A DNA stretch of 64,000 nt from Candidatus Heimdallarchaeota archaeon. GTDB taxonomy: Archaea > Asgardarchaeota > Heimdallarchaeia > Heimdallarchaeales > Kariarchaeaceae. Position numbers and translations under genes: made by a program. The notes beneath the pieces are model-generated. The model was not told the DNA's origin. It did not search any database and worked only from the letters and a program-made list of their open reading frames with translations. The stretch lies in NCBI GenBank assembly GCA_030149205.1, contig JASBSB010000004.1, positions 34,058 through 98,057 on the forward strand. Direction: 5' to 3'. Shown here piece after piece: positions 8,789 to 19,088 of the stretch. Numbering within the stretch: the stretch's first letter is position 1; each line of letters begins with the position of its first letter.

Positions 8789-9604
8789 CTACTTTTTACC
8801 TATGCCAAATGGTAACCCAGATGTCATTCTCCCATAAAAATAGATTAACTCACCCAGTAGAAATACCCTTATAAGAAGTTGAAGGAAGTCTGCACTAATT
8901 CTAAGTCCAAACAACAAATTTAAGGGGGAAGGGGTGAAAAATTGACTTGAAACGGGATTCAACACAAGAAAGTAAACCAGAGCAAACTTTACCATCCAAA
9001 CAATCAGCATCAGATATGTGTTAACATCTTTCTTTACCTGTTTCATCCACAAAAACACTGTCAGAGGGATGAAGAATCCCCAAAAAGTTACTAACTGAAA
9101 GAGCCAGACACCTGGGATCAAATAGATCAGGAACAGAAGAACGAGAGACACAGCGGGTAGACGGTATGCTTTAGGGTTACCTTTTTCAAGATAGGTTCTC
9201 ATCAACAGAGCTTTGTTTATTAACAACGGTTGCCAAAACAAGAAGATAATTCCTAAGAAGAATGCTAAAAAGAATGCGTAGAAACCTGAACCTGAGGAGG
9301 TAAAGAATAAAAATGGGATAGCCAAATAGCCTATTTGAAAAACTGCATCAGCGATCCCATTATCTTTGTCTGAATGTTCCTCGTTATCAATATACTCCGT
9401 AAAGAGAACTGGATCATAGCAGCTAATTATTGCAGTTACCCCTGTTAATAAAACAAAACCGCCAACTTGATGACGATTGAGTGAAAAACTGACGGAAAGT
9501 ACGACCAAAAGGTTAAGAGAGAAAAGAATGATAAACTTGATCCAGAGATACAACTGCAAACCTTCTCCCCTTATTTTTCCTTTGACCAAATTTCTTGACT
9601 CCAC
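8789..9604 (-). CDS. hypothetical multi-pass membrane protein
   Basis: 271 aa with about 7 hydrophobic helices. Second gene downstream of long-form 10521..11930. Confidence 0.5.
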   Translation of the reverse strand: MESRNLVKGKIRGEGLQLYLWIKFIILFSLNLLVVLSVSFSLNRHQVGGFVLLTGVTAIISCYDPVLFTEYIDNEEHSDKDNGIADAVFQIGYLAIPFLFFTSSGSGFYAFFLAFFLGIIFLFWQPLLINKALLMRTYLEKGNPKAYRLPAVSLVLLFLIYLIPGVWLFQLVTFWGFFIPLTVFLWMKQVKKDVNTYLMLIVWMVKFALVYFLVLNPVSSQFFTPSPLNLLFGLRISADFLQLLIRVFLLGELIYFYGRMTSGLPFGIGKK

Positions 9605-9703
9605 CGTTATAACTCACCTTCAGAAATTACTCTAGAGGAAAATGTGCCTGCTGGTATATATAGCACTCTAATAAATATTGGATTGATCATATATCTAAAA
9701 TCC

Positions 9704-10528
9704 TTATTTATCCTTACTAGACAAATTTTGAACGATTGAGCTACCGATTAAAAATAAGAATATAAAAACAAAGAGTCTAAATATTAAACTTGACCACATC
9801 ATAATTTGAAAGGGCATATTTTTTGTTCTGTATAGTTGTGAGCTATAGCCAATTAAAAATACGACTGTGATTAAAATGTGTTGGATCAAAGCATTAATTA
9901 TCTCCCAATTGACTCTAGAGATTGATTTTTTGCTTTCACTAATTGGGAAATAGCTATAATCTTTCATTTTATTTATAAAGTCATCAATTGAATTGGAATT
10001 TACTAAAATATAATTTATACCATCCCAAATATAGAGCTTGCTTTTAAAATTTTGACTTAGGGTTGCTTGAAGGTTAAACAAAAATTCTAGCATCAGAAAC
10101 GGTTGTAAAAAGACGGGGAGAGGAATTATCTTCCTTATATACTCATTTTGTGGTGTCGTATAAGTTTTCGAAGGATTATCAATAATCTCTTCTTCAATTA
10201 TTTCAAATATTTCCCTTTTTATTAAGATATTTTTTTTATTTGTAAAATCAACGTGATTGAACTTCTTGGAATAAATTTTTATCCTTGAGACTAAGAATAG
10301 ATATATCGTTGCTTGTATTAATACTTCAGTTAAGACTACAAGTCCTATATAACCCACTTGAGAGGGGAGTCTAGTAAAATCTTCAATAGTTTTTGGACGC
10401 ATAATTTGGTATACAAAAGGATATAACAAATAAATTAAATAATAACGAAGAAAGTAATTTACATTCCCATTATAGAAAATTAATTTTCTGTTGAGAGTGA
10501 GTAATTGTTTGATATTCATCTTAAACAC
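9704..10528 (-). CDS. hypothetical multi-pass membrane protein, cognate partner of 10521..11930
   Basis: 274 aa and hydrophobic. Start overlaps the stop of 10521..11930 by 8 nt. Confidence 0.5.
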   Translation of the reverse strand: MFKMNIKQLLTLNRKLIFYNGNVNYFLRYYLIYLLYPFVYQIMRPKTIEDFTRLPSQVGYIGLVVLTEVLIQATIYLFLVSRIKIYSKKFNHVDFTNKKNILIKREIFEIIEEEIIDNPSKTYTTPQNEYIRKIIPLPVFLQPFLMLEFLFNLQATLSQNFKSKLYIWDGINYILVNSNSIDDFINKMKDYSYFPISESKKSISRVNWEIINALIQHILITVVFLIGYSSQLYRTKNMPFQIMMWSSLIFRLFVFIFLFLIGSSIVQNLSSKDK

Positions 10529-11930
10529 GAACTCTAAATCCTAAGGCATAATTAACTAAGCCAAAGATTATATGGTAGTAAGCATAAAGCATAATAGATT
10601 GACCGTAGGCCATAAATCTTGAGGCTTGATCAGCTTTCGCTCTAGAATCCTTTACTTTTGGAAATGCAAACCTGAATGGTAAGTATCCTGCAATTAAACC
10701 CAAACCTGCTCCAATGAGCAACCCAACGAAGTTGTTATCAGAAAGTGCAGAAAAGTCTAGGTTATAGATCATATTATTTACCTCTTCCCCAACCCTAAAA
10801 ACAAGACTTATAGATGAAGCCCTTTGTGCTACTAAATTTAATATCTTCCACATTAATCCATCTTGTTTTAGAAATGAAACGATTGATTTTGCCAGCTTTA
10901 ACTTTGAATTTTTATCCATATTTTTGGCTAAGTTTTCAAAAATTGTTTTACCAGATCTAATTTGTGTGTTAAGTTTTCCCAATCTTCCATTTCCTGAGTT
11001 ATATTTAATTATTCCATCATCTATAAACTCACTGCGCTTAGTGTGTATTTGTTTTAACAGACTTAACCCCATTATTATATGAAATACGGTATTTATGCCA
11101 GTAACTTGCTGAAACCTCTTTTTATCATCCCAAAATGTAATCAAGGGGGCTATATTTGCAATAAGGTTTACGAGTGTTGCAGCCAACACGGCGAAATTAA
11201 GAGTCCCTACTGTTTCAGGGGTTGGTGGGAAAGGCTTTGCAAAAATCTGAATTGCTAAGTGACCGATCAAATCTACAAGGTGTAATCCCAATGCAGTAGA
11301 TTGTGGGGTGGATAACCCCCCTAATGTTTCAAATTTAAACCCTGATAAAAAGACCGGATCTAGCACACTAAATTTAAAATTTTTTAAATTATCAGAAGAA
11401 ATAATCAGGTAAACCCTATTTACATCAAATTGTACTTCTAAACCTAACAGAATCGAACTTCCCTCTTTGAGTTTATCTCCAGAAACTGTATCATAACTCA
11501 ATTGTGGTATCAATGTTGACATTGTAAAGAAGAATGTTTTGATTATCATTTTTAATAAAATTTGAATTACAGCATTAATTACTAATTTTAATGTATCAAC
11601 TATGTATTGTCCAGCCGCCTTGATCCCGTCGACGAAGCTGGTGACGTCGTTTTTGATGGTCGTTAAATCATCTTGTGTCACGCTGAACACCCCAAAGAAA
11701 AAGTCCACCAGGACCCAGCCGGGGTGCCCAATCAGCCCCATCACCCACAGGTTCTGCTGCCAGCTGCCAGCAACATCAACGCACATCGTGAGTAATCTGT
11801 CATAGACAAAGTCAGCAAACACCTGAGAAATAAAATTTGCTGGGTTCAACAAGTGTGCAATACTGTGCTTAGGCAGGATGAGTAAGGTCTCATAAGAGGT
11901 CTGGTGCATACAGGTTGCTGATCTATTCAT
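10521..11930 (-). CDS. CxHQ-family hypervariable protein, long form (unique 350-aa C-terminal module)
   Basis: 469 aa. The N-terminal 110 aa (MNRSATCMHQTSYETLLILPKHSIAHLLNPANF...MCVDVAGSWQQNLW...DVTSFVDGIKAAGQYI) matches 4041..4979 closely, including at DNA level. The C-terminus is unrelated to the other members. Own TATA promoter at 11961-11978. Confidence 0.65.
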   Translation of the reverse strand: MNRSATCMHQTSYETLLILPKHSIAHLLNPANFISQVFADFVYDRLLTMCVDVAGSWQQNLWVMGLIGHPGWVLVDFFFGVFSVTQDDLTTIKNDVTSFVDGIKAAGQYIVDTLKLVINAVIQILLKMIIKTFFFTMSTLIPQLSYDTVSGDKLKEGSSILLGLEVQFDVNRVYLIISSDNLKNFKFSVLDPVFLSGFKFETLGGLSTPQSTALGLHLVDLIGHLAIQIFAKPFPPTPETVGTLNFAVLAATLVNLIANIAPLITFWDDKKRFQQVTGINTVFHIIMGLSLLKQIHTKRSEFIDDGIIKYNSGNGRLGKLNTQIRSGKTIFENLAKNMDKNSKLKLAKSIVSFLKQDGLMWKILNLVAQRASSISLVFRVGEEVNNMIYNLDFSALSDNNFVGLLIGAGLGLIAGYLPFRFAFPKVKDSRAKADQASRFMAYGQSIMLYAYYHIIFGLVNYALGFRVRV

Positions 11931-11959
11931 AAGGAAAAGTACAAAACCATTAAGGCTTC

Positions 11960-11980
11960 CCTTTATTTAAATTTATCCTA
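11960..11980 (-). promoter_or_regulatory. archaeal TATA/BRE-like promoter of 10521..11930
   Basis: Coding-strand GGATAAATTTAAATAAAGGGAAGCC lies about 30 nt upstream of the ATG and is paralogous to 5008-5030. Confidence 0.5.
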
Positions 11981-12615
11981 CAGAAAGTGATCGGTAGAAC
12001 AGAACATTCTTTGTGGAGAGATTTCCACAGAATTCCTCTACAATCAACATCCCTCGTCACCCCCTTAAGCTCCACCGTGCACGCCAGCACTCCGCGTGTT
12101 CACTCTCCTCCCCACTGCTTAGCTTTTCTATCTGTCTGTAGTATCTTTTGTTTATGAGCTGCTTCAGATAATTCAGTACAAGTTAGAAGAATATTCCTAG
12201 TGAAGTAGTTAATTCTAATATCGCGATAAATTGAAAGATCTCAAGCTTTGAGTTAGCAACAATTAACAAAACTATTGTGATAAACGCCAAAAGAGAGGCT
12301 TCGCTTAAACTTAAAATCTTCTCATATTCTATATTTGATACAAACTGATATTCCTCTATGTACCCATTGTATTCCATGTTTGAGAGATAAAAATCAAAAG
12401 TTCTCGGATAAATGATAAAAAACATGAAATGACTAAGTGTTATAAAGACAATAGTAAAGACAAAAAAACCTGAGGTAAGCGTTTAATTTAGATAAAGCAT
12501 CAATTCAGATACCAATAACCCAGAGAGAAGGGAAGCATCAGCAAAAATGAAAACAATGGACTCAATGTGGAGGTAAGTACACATTAATTATTCAAGCTGA
12601 CCCGCAAACTGCTTC

Positions 12616-13176
12616 TTATTCCTCTCCTTTCTGATTTCTGTTTTTTCTGATTTCTGTTCCAACAGTTGACGCAAAGGCCACGAAGATAAAATCAAACAAG
12701 ATATAAGGTGAAAAAACATACCTGATCCCAGAAAATGATAGAACATAAAATGGTGGATCTGAAACAGATGGGCTATAAGTTATACTAGGTGGCTTTCCTA
12801 AAACATTGATGAGAAAGCCAGTCAAGAGTGCTACCAGCAGTGGAATTGATAACAGCAGTGGTCTAACGACTACAACATAGATTACTCCCTCAAATTCATC
12901 ATGGGATTTCCAAAAAGAATATTTTTTCCTCAGCATCAGGCGAAAAGACCAGAGACGGTCATCTATATCAGGGTAAATAAATCCCATAATAACTGAGAAA
13001 AACAAAAAATAAATCATAAAATACCAGAAATATAACCACTGATAAATCGGTATACCAATTAAAATAATTCCGATCACGGTCAAAAGTAGCCTGTATTTTC
13101 GCAAGTTAAATCCAGCTTTTCTGGCAAATAATTGCCTCAGATTTATTTTAGAACACACGTCTTGAACTCGAAACAC
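12616..13176 (-). CDS. hypothetical membrane protein, partner of 13205..13708
   Basis: 186 aa and hydrophobic. Lies 28 nt downstream of the short-form gene on the same strand. Confidence 0.45.
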   Translation of the reverse strand: MFRVQDVCSKINLRQLFARKAGFNLRKYRLLLTVIGIILIGIPIYQWLYFWYFMIYFLFFSVIMGFIYPDIDDRLWSFRLMLRKKYSFWKSHDEFEGVIYVVVVRPLLLSIPLLVALLTGFLINVLGKPPSITYSPSVSDPPFYVLSFSGIRYVFSPYILFDFIFVAFASTVGTEIRKNRNQKGEE

Positions 13177-13204
13177 CCCAGACGCTGATCAACGCTATAA
13201 GGTT

Positions 13205-13708
13205 TTACAAAAATAATGAGATGTAGTAATACCCAAATTTTATTTTCTCTATAGCTGATTCCTTGATATAATATTGCTGTTTCTTGGTATTTATATCTTG
13301 ATAGGCTTTATTTTGTTCATTGACTAGATCTACTGCATTTTTATATTCCACATTTCTATAAGCTAATCCATCTTTGCCCAAATGACTAAACCGATATTCC
13401 TTCACCCTTTTATTAATTTCATTAAGGCCTTTTTCCATCTTAGATATTTGGTTTTGGTCGTTTTGAAGCATCAGTTTAGGAAGGCGAAGTGCGAAAAAGT
13501 TCACCAGTATAGATTTTATACCTCTGGCAATTGGCAGGAGTATATTGTTTGTGGTGAACTCCCCGACAGCCTTTATCCCGACGACGGTGACGCCGTCCTT
13601 GATGGTCTGCTGGTTGATAGACCTGACAATGAAGTCGCTGGGTATTCCAATTTCAAAGGATTCCTGATGAAGGCAAGCATACACATATCTGATATACATT
13701 AAAACCAT
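13205..13708 (-). CDS. CxHQ-family hypervariable protein, short form (type-D, soluble coiled-coil-like C-terminus)
   Basis: 167 aa. MVLMYIRYVYACLHQESFEIGIPSDFIVRSINQQTIKDGVTVVGIKAVGEF, then a unique lysine/glutamate-rich C-terminus. Junction DNA motif at 13581-13609. Confidence 0.6.
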   Translation of the reverse strand: MVLMYIRYVYACLHQESFEIGIPSDFIVRSINQQTIKDGVTVVGIKAVGEFTTNNILLPIARGIKSILVNFFALRLPKLMLQNDQNQISKMEKGLNEINKRVKEYRFSHLGKDGLAYRNVEYKNAVDLVNEQNKAYQDINTKKQQYYIKESAIEKIKFGYYYISLFL

Positions 13709-13846
13709 TTAAGTTTATCGCACAAAAATCATGTACGTAATCTTGCCCTCTCATGAAAATTAATGATGGACCCCTTAGTTTACCATATCTTTGCTCCTTG
13801 GATTCTGTTTAATCTTCAATCAGTTTCACGGAATAGGTTAACACAT

Positions 13847-14614
13847 CTATGTCTCTATAGGAGAGCTATTCTTGTCAAGAGGAAAGTCAATTTTAAGCGT
13901 AAACAAATCAATTAAAACTAAATTAAGTAACACCCATGTCTTCGCAACCACATGGCCATTTACCAATGGAATTGAGTTTGTGATGCTTTCAAAAAATGTG
14001 AAGAGTAGCAAATTTCCAAGATAGTTGAGTGTCAGAAAACCAAGGATACCTAATTTCCAAATCGTAAAGTCAGTCAATGCTATATTCTTGATCATATTTA
14101 CAAAGTATAACACCATAATCAGAAACATCCCTAAAATTCTTTGAAGAATCCAGTCACCAGCAAAGAAACTCAAAAAATACAATGAGACTATGGTGATTAC
14201 CCTAAAAAAGTAGAAACCAATACTATTTTTCTCAAGGGTCTTGGGAGATATTATAAATTTAAACTTAAATTTCGGGTCATCTGAATTGGAATCTGTGAAA
14301 AACATGAGATATAATACCAGTAACATGAAAATTAAGTCTCTACTTACTATACTACTGATCAGTATTAGCACACCTATGACATAAAAACCCTGGTAGTTTT
14401 CCTTGGGGTCAGGCTCAATTATCCCTCGAAGTGATATCCGACTAATTATTTTGGAAATAACAAGCAAGATCACCATTCCTCCAAGGAGACCGAAACCTTC
14501 CCAACTTGAAAATGTTACATTATTAAGGAGCTGAAAGTAAAGCACTATTGGAAACAGCAGTACCATTATCTGCCTCAGAACAAAATTTACAATAGGGATG
14601 GGTTTTCGTTTCAT
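13847..14614 (-). CDS. NFxLRQ-family multi-pass membrane protein (immunity-like partner)
   Basis: 255 aa. Homologous to 20652..21431, 61845..62657 and partial 1..269 (NFVLRQIMVLLFPIVLYFQL..SWEGFGLLGGM). Start overlaps the stop of 14611..14922 by 4 nt. Confidence 0.55.
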   Translation of the reverse strand: MKRKPIPIVNFVLRQIMVLLFPIVLYFQLLNNVTFSSWEGFGLLGGMVILLVISKIISRISLRGIIEPDPKENYQGFYVIGVLILISSIVSRDLIFMLLVLYLMFFTDSNSDDPKFKFKFIISPKTLEKNSIGFYFFRVITIVSLYFLSFFAGDWILQRILGMFLIMVLYFVNMIKNIALTDFTIWKLGILGFLTLNYLGNLLLFTFFESITNSIPLVNGHVVAKTWVLLNLVLIDLFTLKIDFPLDKNSSPIET

Positions 14615-14922
14615 ATTCTAACTCCGTCGACGAAGCTGGTGACGCCCCTTTTGATCTCTGTGAGTGCCTTGTCTGTCAAACTCCACAGTTGGTTCACCGC
14701 ATCCACCAGGGTCCAGGTGGGATGCCCGATCAGCCCCATCACAGTTTTCCACAGGTTCTGCTGCCAGCTACCTGTCACATCAACGCACATTATAATCAAC
14801 CTGCTAATTGTGTGACTATCAAAGACCTGTAAAAGTGTAGATTTCATCATGTCTTCACCAATGTAGTTAGAGGATGAAAGCCTCAGATGAGGGTGATGTT
14901 GACAACTAGTTATTTCGTCCAT
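14611..14922 (-). CDS. CxHQ-family long-form N-terminal stub (truncated right after the junction motif)
   Basis: 103 aa. MDEITSCQHH...MCVDVTGSWQQNLW...GVTSFVDGVRI, then a stop immediately after the conserved junction. No C-terminal module, yet still coupled to an NFxLRQ partner gene. Confidence 0.5.
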   Translation of the reverse strand: MDEITSCQHHPHLRLSSSNYIGEDMMKSTLLQVFDSHTISRLIIMCVDVTGSWQQNLWKTVMGLIGHPTWTLVDAVNQLWSLTDKALTEIKRGVTSFVDGVRI

Positions 14923-14952
14923 AGGTAATGGTACAAGAAAACTAAGATTTAC

Positions 14953-14972
14953 AGCTTAATAAATTTATCCTA
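14953..14972 (-). promoter_or_regulatory. archaeal TATA-like promoter of 14611..14922
   Basis: Coding-strand GGATAAATTTATTAAG lies about 30 nt upstream of the ATG and is paralogous to the other long-form promoters. Confidence 0.45.
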
Positions 14973-15363
14973 CCAAAGGTAGCAGCTGGATTGGGTTGTT
15001 GATACAATGTTTCAGAGAAAACTCCTTGAGGAGGATTCTTCACTAAAAAATAATTCTGTGGTTAAGGAGGTCCTCAATTATATGAATAATAGAATTACTA
15101 TCCGGGGTCGACTCCATTTACCAATATCTGCTAACGTTATCATAAAATTTTGATGAGAGAGCTATATCAAAGAATATTGTAAAACCTTAAGCTCTTCTCT
15201 AGTTGTATATTTTATCTATATATATTATAAATTATCAACATTACGAATTGACACTTGCTCATAGATTAGATTCATCCTTATAATTTGAATTATACTCGTT
15301 AGCTTTTGCTTGGGTAAAAGAATTAAATACGCAGGAGCTAACCTTTGTATTTATACCTCAATT

Positions 15364-16215
15364 CTAGTCCTGTCTTGTGTATAAAGTGAATATTACAAGA
15401 AGGAAAGTGGTGGCCCAGATTGTAACAAGACTGAAAGTGTGGAAATTAAAGGAAACTCCACTGAGAAAAAAATAAATTAAAAAGATAAGACTCCAGTATA
15501 AAATCAAGATGTATTCTGCCAATAGGAATAGCCATAAAAAGAGTCCAGGGTACTTTAAAAGTATTTCTACCAATGGATTAGCAAGCAGCAGTATAAGTAA
15601 GGTGGGAGTTTCGTGTGCAAATGGATTATTAACCACTTTCGGATCAACTGTTTTGCGGAGGGCAAGCATGCTTCTTCCCATAAGTATCAGGCTCAGAAAA
15701 TAAACAGAGAAAAATACAAAAGCGGTGATAATTGTGATATACCATTCTGGACTGAGGAGGATGAGCATCAGAAAAGCAGAAAACAAAAGTGTTGATTCTT
15801 CAAATATCTGTGACTTGTTGATATAATTTTCGGCTTTTGCTCTAATCTTTATAGAAACATAGGTTAAGAACAACCAAGACAGGTATGATATGACCGCAAA
15901 AGATAATTGATAACCACCAACATCAGATAAAGCACCTTTCCTAAGCAGAAACATTGTGTTAATCAGGAGCAAAATCCATCTTACCCCCCGATTTTTCAGT
16001 TTTCCTCTTAGATTTATATTTCCAAAAACCTTGTAAATCCAAAAATAGGTAAGGATCATTGCAGTTCCTAATAGAATTTGTGAGATTACACCTGTAATGT
16101 AATTCTCAGATAAGATATACAGAAGAAGCAATCCAAATGTGGAAATTGAGACCTTGTGTACCCTCGTCTCAGTCAAGAGTGCAAAAAATTTCACATCCCA
16201 TTTTCTTTCATTCAA
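15364..16215 (-). CDS. hypothetical multi-pass membrane protein (orphan partner-type gene)
   Basis: 283 aa with about 8 TM helices. No family toxin-like gene lies immediately upstream. Confidence 0.45.
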   Translation of the reverse strand: MNERKWDVKFFALLTETRVHKVSISTFGLLLLYILSENYITGVISQILLGTAMILTYFWIYKVFGNINLRGKLKNRGVRWILLLINTMFLLRKGALSDVGGYQLSFAVISYLSWLFLTYVSIKIRAKAENYINKSQIFEESTLLFSAFLMLILLSPEWYITIITAFVFFSVYFLSLILMGRSMLALRKTVDPKVVNNPFAHETPTLLILLLANPLVEILLKYPGLFLWLFLLAEYILILYWSLIFLIYFFLSGVSFNFHTFSLVTIWATTFLLVIFTLYTRQD

Positions 16216-16315
16216 ATATTCATGATATATTATATCCCAGTCTTCTCTTTCTGATTTGATCCCATTGGAATCGGAACTGGATAATGAGGGTTGTTTGTTT
16301 ATCCTACATCATCTC

Positions 16316-16564
16316 CTACATCAATGAGTATATTAAGAACTTCCCAAAATAATATCCAAGCTGTACAAGTAGTAACTCATAAATGGGAACGGAAATTGAT
16401 TTGATCTCATCAACTTTTTCTAAATCCTTTAGTATTATAAAAGTATTCCTACCTTTTATATTTTCTATAAATTCATTTTTTACTGGATGAGAGATATACC
16501 TTCCTTTACCTTTTTTCTCAAACAATGACCTTATTGCGATTTGATCTTTCATCATTTTAATCAA
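16316..16564 (-). CDS. hypothetical small protein
   Basis: 82-aa ORF with no motifs. Weak. Confidence 0.2.
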   Translation of the reverse strand: MIKMMKDQIAIRSLFEKKGKGRYISHPVKNEFIENIKGRNTFIILKDLEKVDEIKSISVPIYELLLVQLGYYFGKFLIYSLM

Positions 16565-16602
16565 ATCACCTATATAATAAAGAGAAGAGGTTCTTACATT
16601 CT

Positions 16603-17178
16603 TTAGAATTGAAAAACGATGGATGCTAAATTTATCACCAGAAATGAGGTAAAATAAATGTAAACCAGAATTTCTGAAAAATGACCTCTGTTAGAGACTT
16701 TAGATTGTTTCTCTTTATCCTGAATGAGCCCATTATCAGCTCCCCTTTTAGATGAGATTCTTGAGAGAACAAATTCTAACAAAAGGTAAAGAATTACTGT
16801 TGTGACTTCCACGACACCAAGAAAAATCAACTGCTTAGCTATAAGATCAAATAAGACTCCACTCCTTGAGTAGAAATAGATTATAATAAAAGGGGTCATT
16901 AATAAAATAACTATCAATGATCCAAGATATATTGTCCTTTCTAACTCAGATCTTAGTGTTTTTGTCTTGTAATAGATCATTTTTAGTGAAAATGGTAATA
17001 TTGAAAGATTCAGACCAACCAAAAAAAACAACAAGCTTATAGAATAAAAGACCATGTTGAAAGTCGAAAGTACGAAGAATAGTGCCGAAAAGAAGTACAG
17101 AAAGAGGTTTGCTTTCAATAAGAGTTCAAGTGTCTTTTCTGAATATGAGGGGTTACATTCTTTTATTAAAAATTTCAT
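16603..17178 (-). CDS. hypothetical membrane protein, partner of 17203..17460
   Basis: 191 aa and hydrophobic. Lies 24 nt downstream of the short-form gene. Confidence 0.45.
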   Translation of the reverse strand: MKFLIKECNPSYSEKTLELLLKANLFLYFFSALFFVLSTFNMVFYSISLLFFLVGLNLSILPFSLKMIYYKTKTLRSELERTIYLGSLIVILLMTPFIIIYFYSRSGVLFDLIAKQLIFLGVVEVTTVILYLLLEFVLSRISSKRGADNGLIQDKEKQSKVSNRGHFSEILVYIYFTSFLVINLASIVFQF

Positions 17179-17202
17179 TGTATTTACCTCAGAGTTTAAA
17201 AT

Positions 17203-17460
17203 TCACAACTGTAGCACCTGTGTTGTAAGGGTGAGGAAAATCATTTCCGGTATTTTCACAATAATGGTATGAACTCCTTCCCCTATGGGTCTGATGATAT
17301 TGTTGGAATTGAACTCACCAGCGTATTTCACCCGCTCGTTAAAGTTGGTGATACAGTCCTTGATGGTCTGCCGAAATACATCTGTCATTGAAAAACGAGT
17401 GAATGATCCAGCATCAAATGAATCCTGATGGAAACAGATGTACACATATCTATCATCCAT
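17203..17460 (-). CDS. CxHQ-family hypervariable protein, short form (type-E, 85 aa)
   Basis: MDDRYVYICFHQDSFDAGSF...QTIKDCITNFNERVKYAGEF. Junction DNA motif at 17348-17370. Confidence 0.5.
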   Translation of the reverse strand: MDDRYVYICFHQDSFDAGSFTRFSMTDVFRQTIKDCITNFNERVKYAGEFNSNNIIRPIGEGVHTIIVKIPEMIFLTLTTQVLQL

Positions 17461-17972
17461 TAATCTTATTTAAGTTTATTTCCCAAATTTTAGTTATTAG
17501 AAATTCTAAATCTTTGTGTGGTTTTATTTTTTGTTTAAGTTTGAGTACTTCATAACCTTTTGCCATTGCAGGGAATAAAAAGCTCAACCAATGACCAGAG
17601 ATGCAAACACCAAGAAATCCAGCAATTACCAGATCATTTCGGGGAGGAAAGCCAAACCTAATCTACCACTGCTGCTATACCCGCTTTCAACAAATTCTGT
17701 AGTGTTTGCGGTGTTGTTTTTATGATAGGAAATGACTATTTGTTAGTGGGTCTGGGAACTGTTTTTTATATTAGTTACCTTGTCACAGGGATCTGTGATG
17801 ATCTTTCAGGAAATTTCCGCATCCATTGACCTTCACTACATTTAACTACAATGTTTCATCAAGTTTTTTCTCTTTTAGTTAGGAAATGCAGTTTAGCTTG
17901 ATTAATATAATTTTATTCGGATCACTAACCTAGTAAAGCCTAAAAAGACAACAATGTGTTGTAAGCTAGTCT

Positions 17973-18452
17973 TCATTGAGCGACTTCAATATTGACGCCA
18001 AATATTTCTATTATGTCATCCGAAATTTGAGTTGCCAAATCCAATAGCACTTCTGAATCTCGATCTTGAAAGATACTTGCTTTATTCTCGTTCAACTCAG
18101 CAATAAGATCATAATAATCTAAATTTTGCTCAATAATAAATTTTTTAATCTTATCTATTGAAAGAATGTTCTTTGGTGATTCAGAGTTAAAGATCGATTT
18201 TTCTGGAATATTGATTATTATTTTCATTCCAGTTGATAAACAAACGGGTAGAATTATCAGGATAATGAACACCCCAATGATCTCAACATTCAAAAGGATA
18301 GGATTGATTGAAGGCACGAATAATAGAACATAGATATTTGCAAGGATACTTATTAAAACGAAAAAGAAAAATATTTGAATGCTGTTTTTTCTGCAATTCC
18401 GAGCAGAAAAATAAATGATTTTTTGGTCTTTTCTATTTCTTCCTAACACCAT
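17973..18452 (-). CDS. hypothetical membrane protein, partner of 18476..19048
   Basis: 159 aa with 2-3 TM helices. Lies 23 nt downstream of the family gene. Confidence 0.4.
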   Translation of the reverse strand: MVLGRNRKDQKIIYFSARNCRKNSIQIFFFFVLISILANIYVLLFVPSINPILLNVEIIGVFIILIILPVCLSTGMKIIINIPEKSIFNSESPKNILSIDKIKKFIIEQNLDYYDLIAELNENKASIFQDRDSEVLLDLATQISDDIIEIFGVNIEVAQ

Positions 18453-18475
18453 AAATTTCTCCTCACTTATTAACC

Positions 18476-19048
18476 CTAGTAAAATACAAGTACCAGGAGT
18501 ATCCTATATGCTTTTGGTTCCCAACTCATCCGAGCATTTAACATTAACAACGTTGCAATAGCTCCCATAGATATAGTCCAAGTACCTCCAAGCAGTAATG
18601 TATGTTCAAATACAACTTGGTTTATGTCTAAGGTTTCATAAATTAAATCTGTGGATGAAATCAATGGACTTTTAATTATAAATACATTATTATTTACGTT
18701 AAATTGTATGCCTTTGATTACTCCTTGTACATCAATGGTTAAAACTAGAGTATTTTGCTTTTTAACACAAATAAAATTGTTCAAAAGTTCAACAACATTT
18801 CCATCTAACATTGAAATTGTTTTGAAAATAGCAAAAAGCATTGTTTTTACAGTTATTGCTATAAATTGATGAATTACCTCAAGGACTGCATTCATAATAT
18901 AACTACCGGCTGCTTTCACCCCATCGACGAAGCTGGTGACGCTGCTCCTAATACTCTGAAAGTTACTATACATGGTAATTGAGTGCTTTTCAGTTTCGAA
19001 ATCAAATGACAGCTGATGGAGACAGCAGTACACAGAAGTAATATCCAA
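18476..19048 (-). CDS. CxHQ-family hypervariable protein, short form (type-F)
   Basis: The track ORF 18476..19297 has a spurious 5' extension. The family-type start is ATG at 19046-19048 (MKSLDITSVYCCLHQLSF...SSVTSFVDGVKAAGSYIM), preceded by the AAACTTTATATG element. The C-terminus is unique. Confidence 0.55.
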   Translation of the reverse strand: MDITSVYCCLHQLSFDFETEKHSITMYSNFQSIRSSVTSFVDGVKAAGSYIMNAVLEVIHQFIAITVKTMLFAIFKTISMLDGNVVELLNNFICVKKQNTLVLTIDVQGVIKGIQFNVNNNVFIIKSPLISSTDLIYETLDINQVVFEHTLLLGGTWTISMGAIATLLMLNARMSWEPKAYRILLVLVFY

Positions 19049-19088
19049 TGATTTCATATAAAGTTTCCTCATTCCAGTTGAAGTATGA

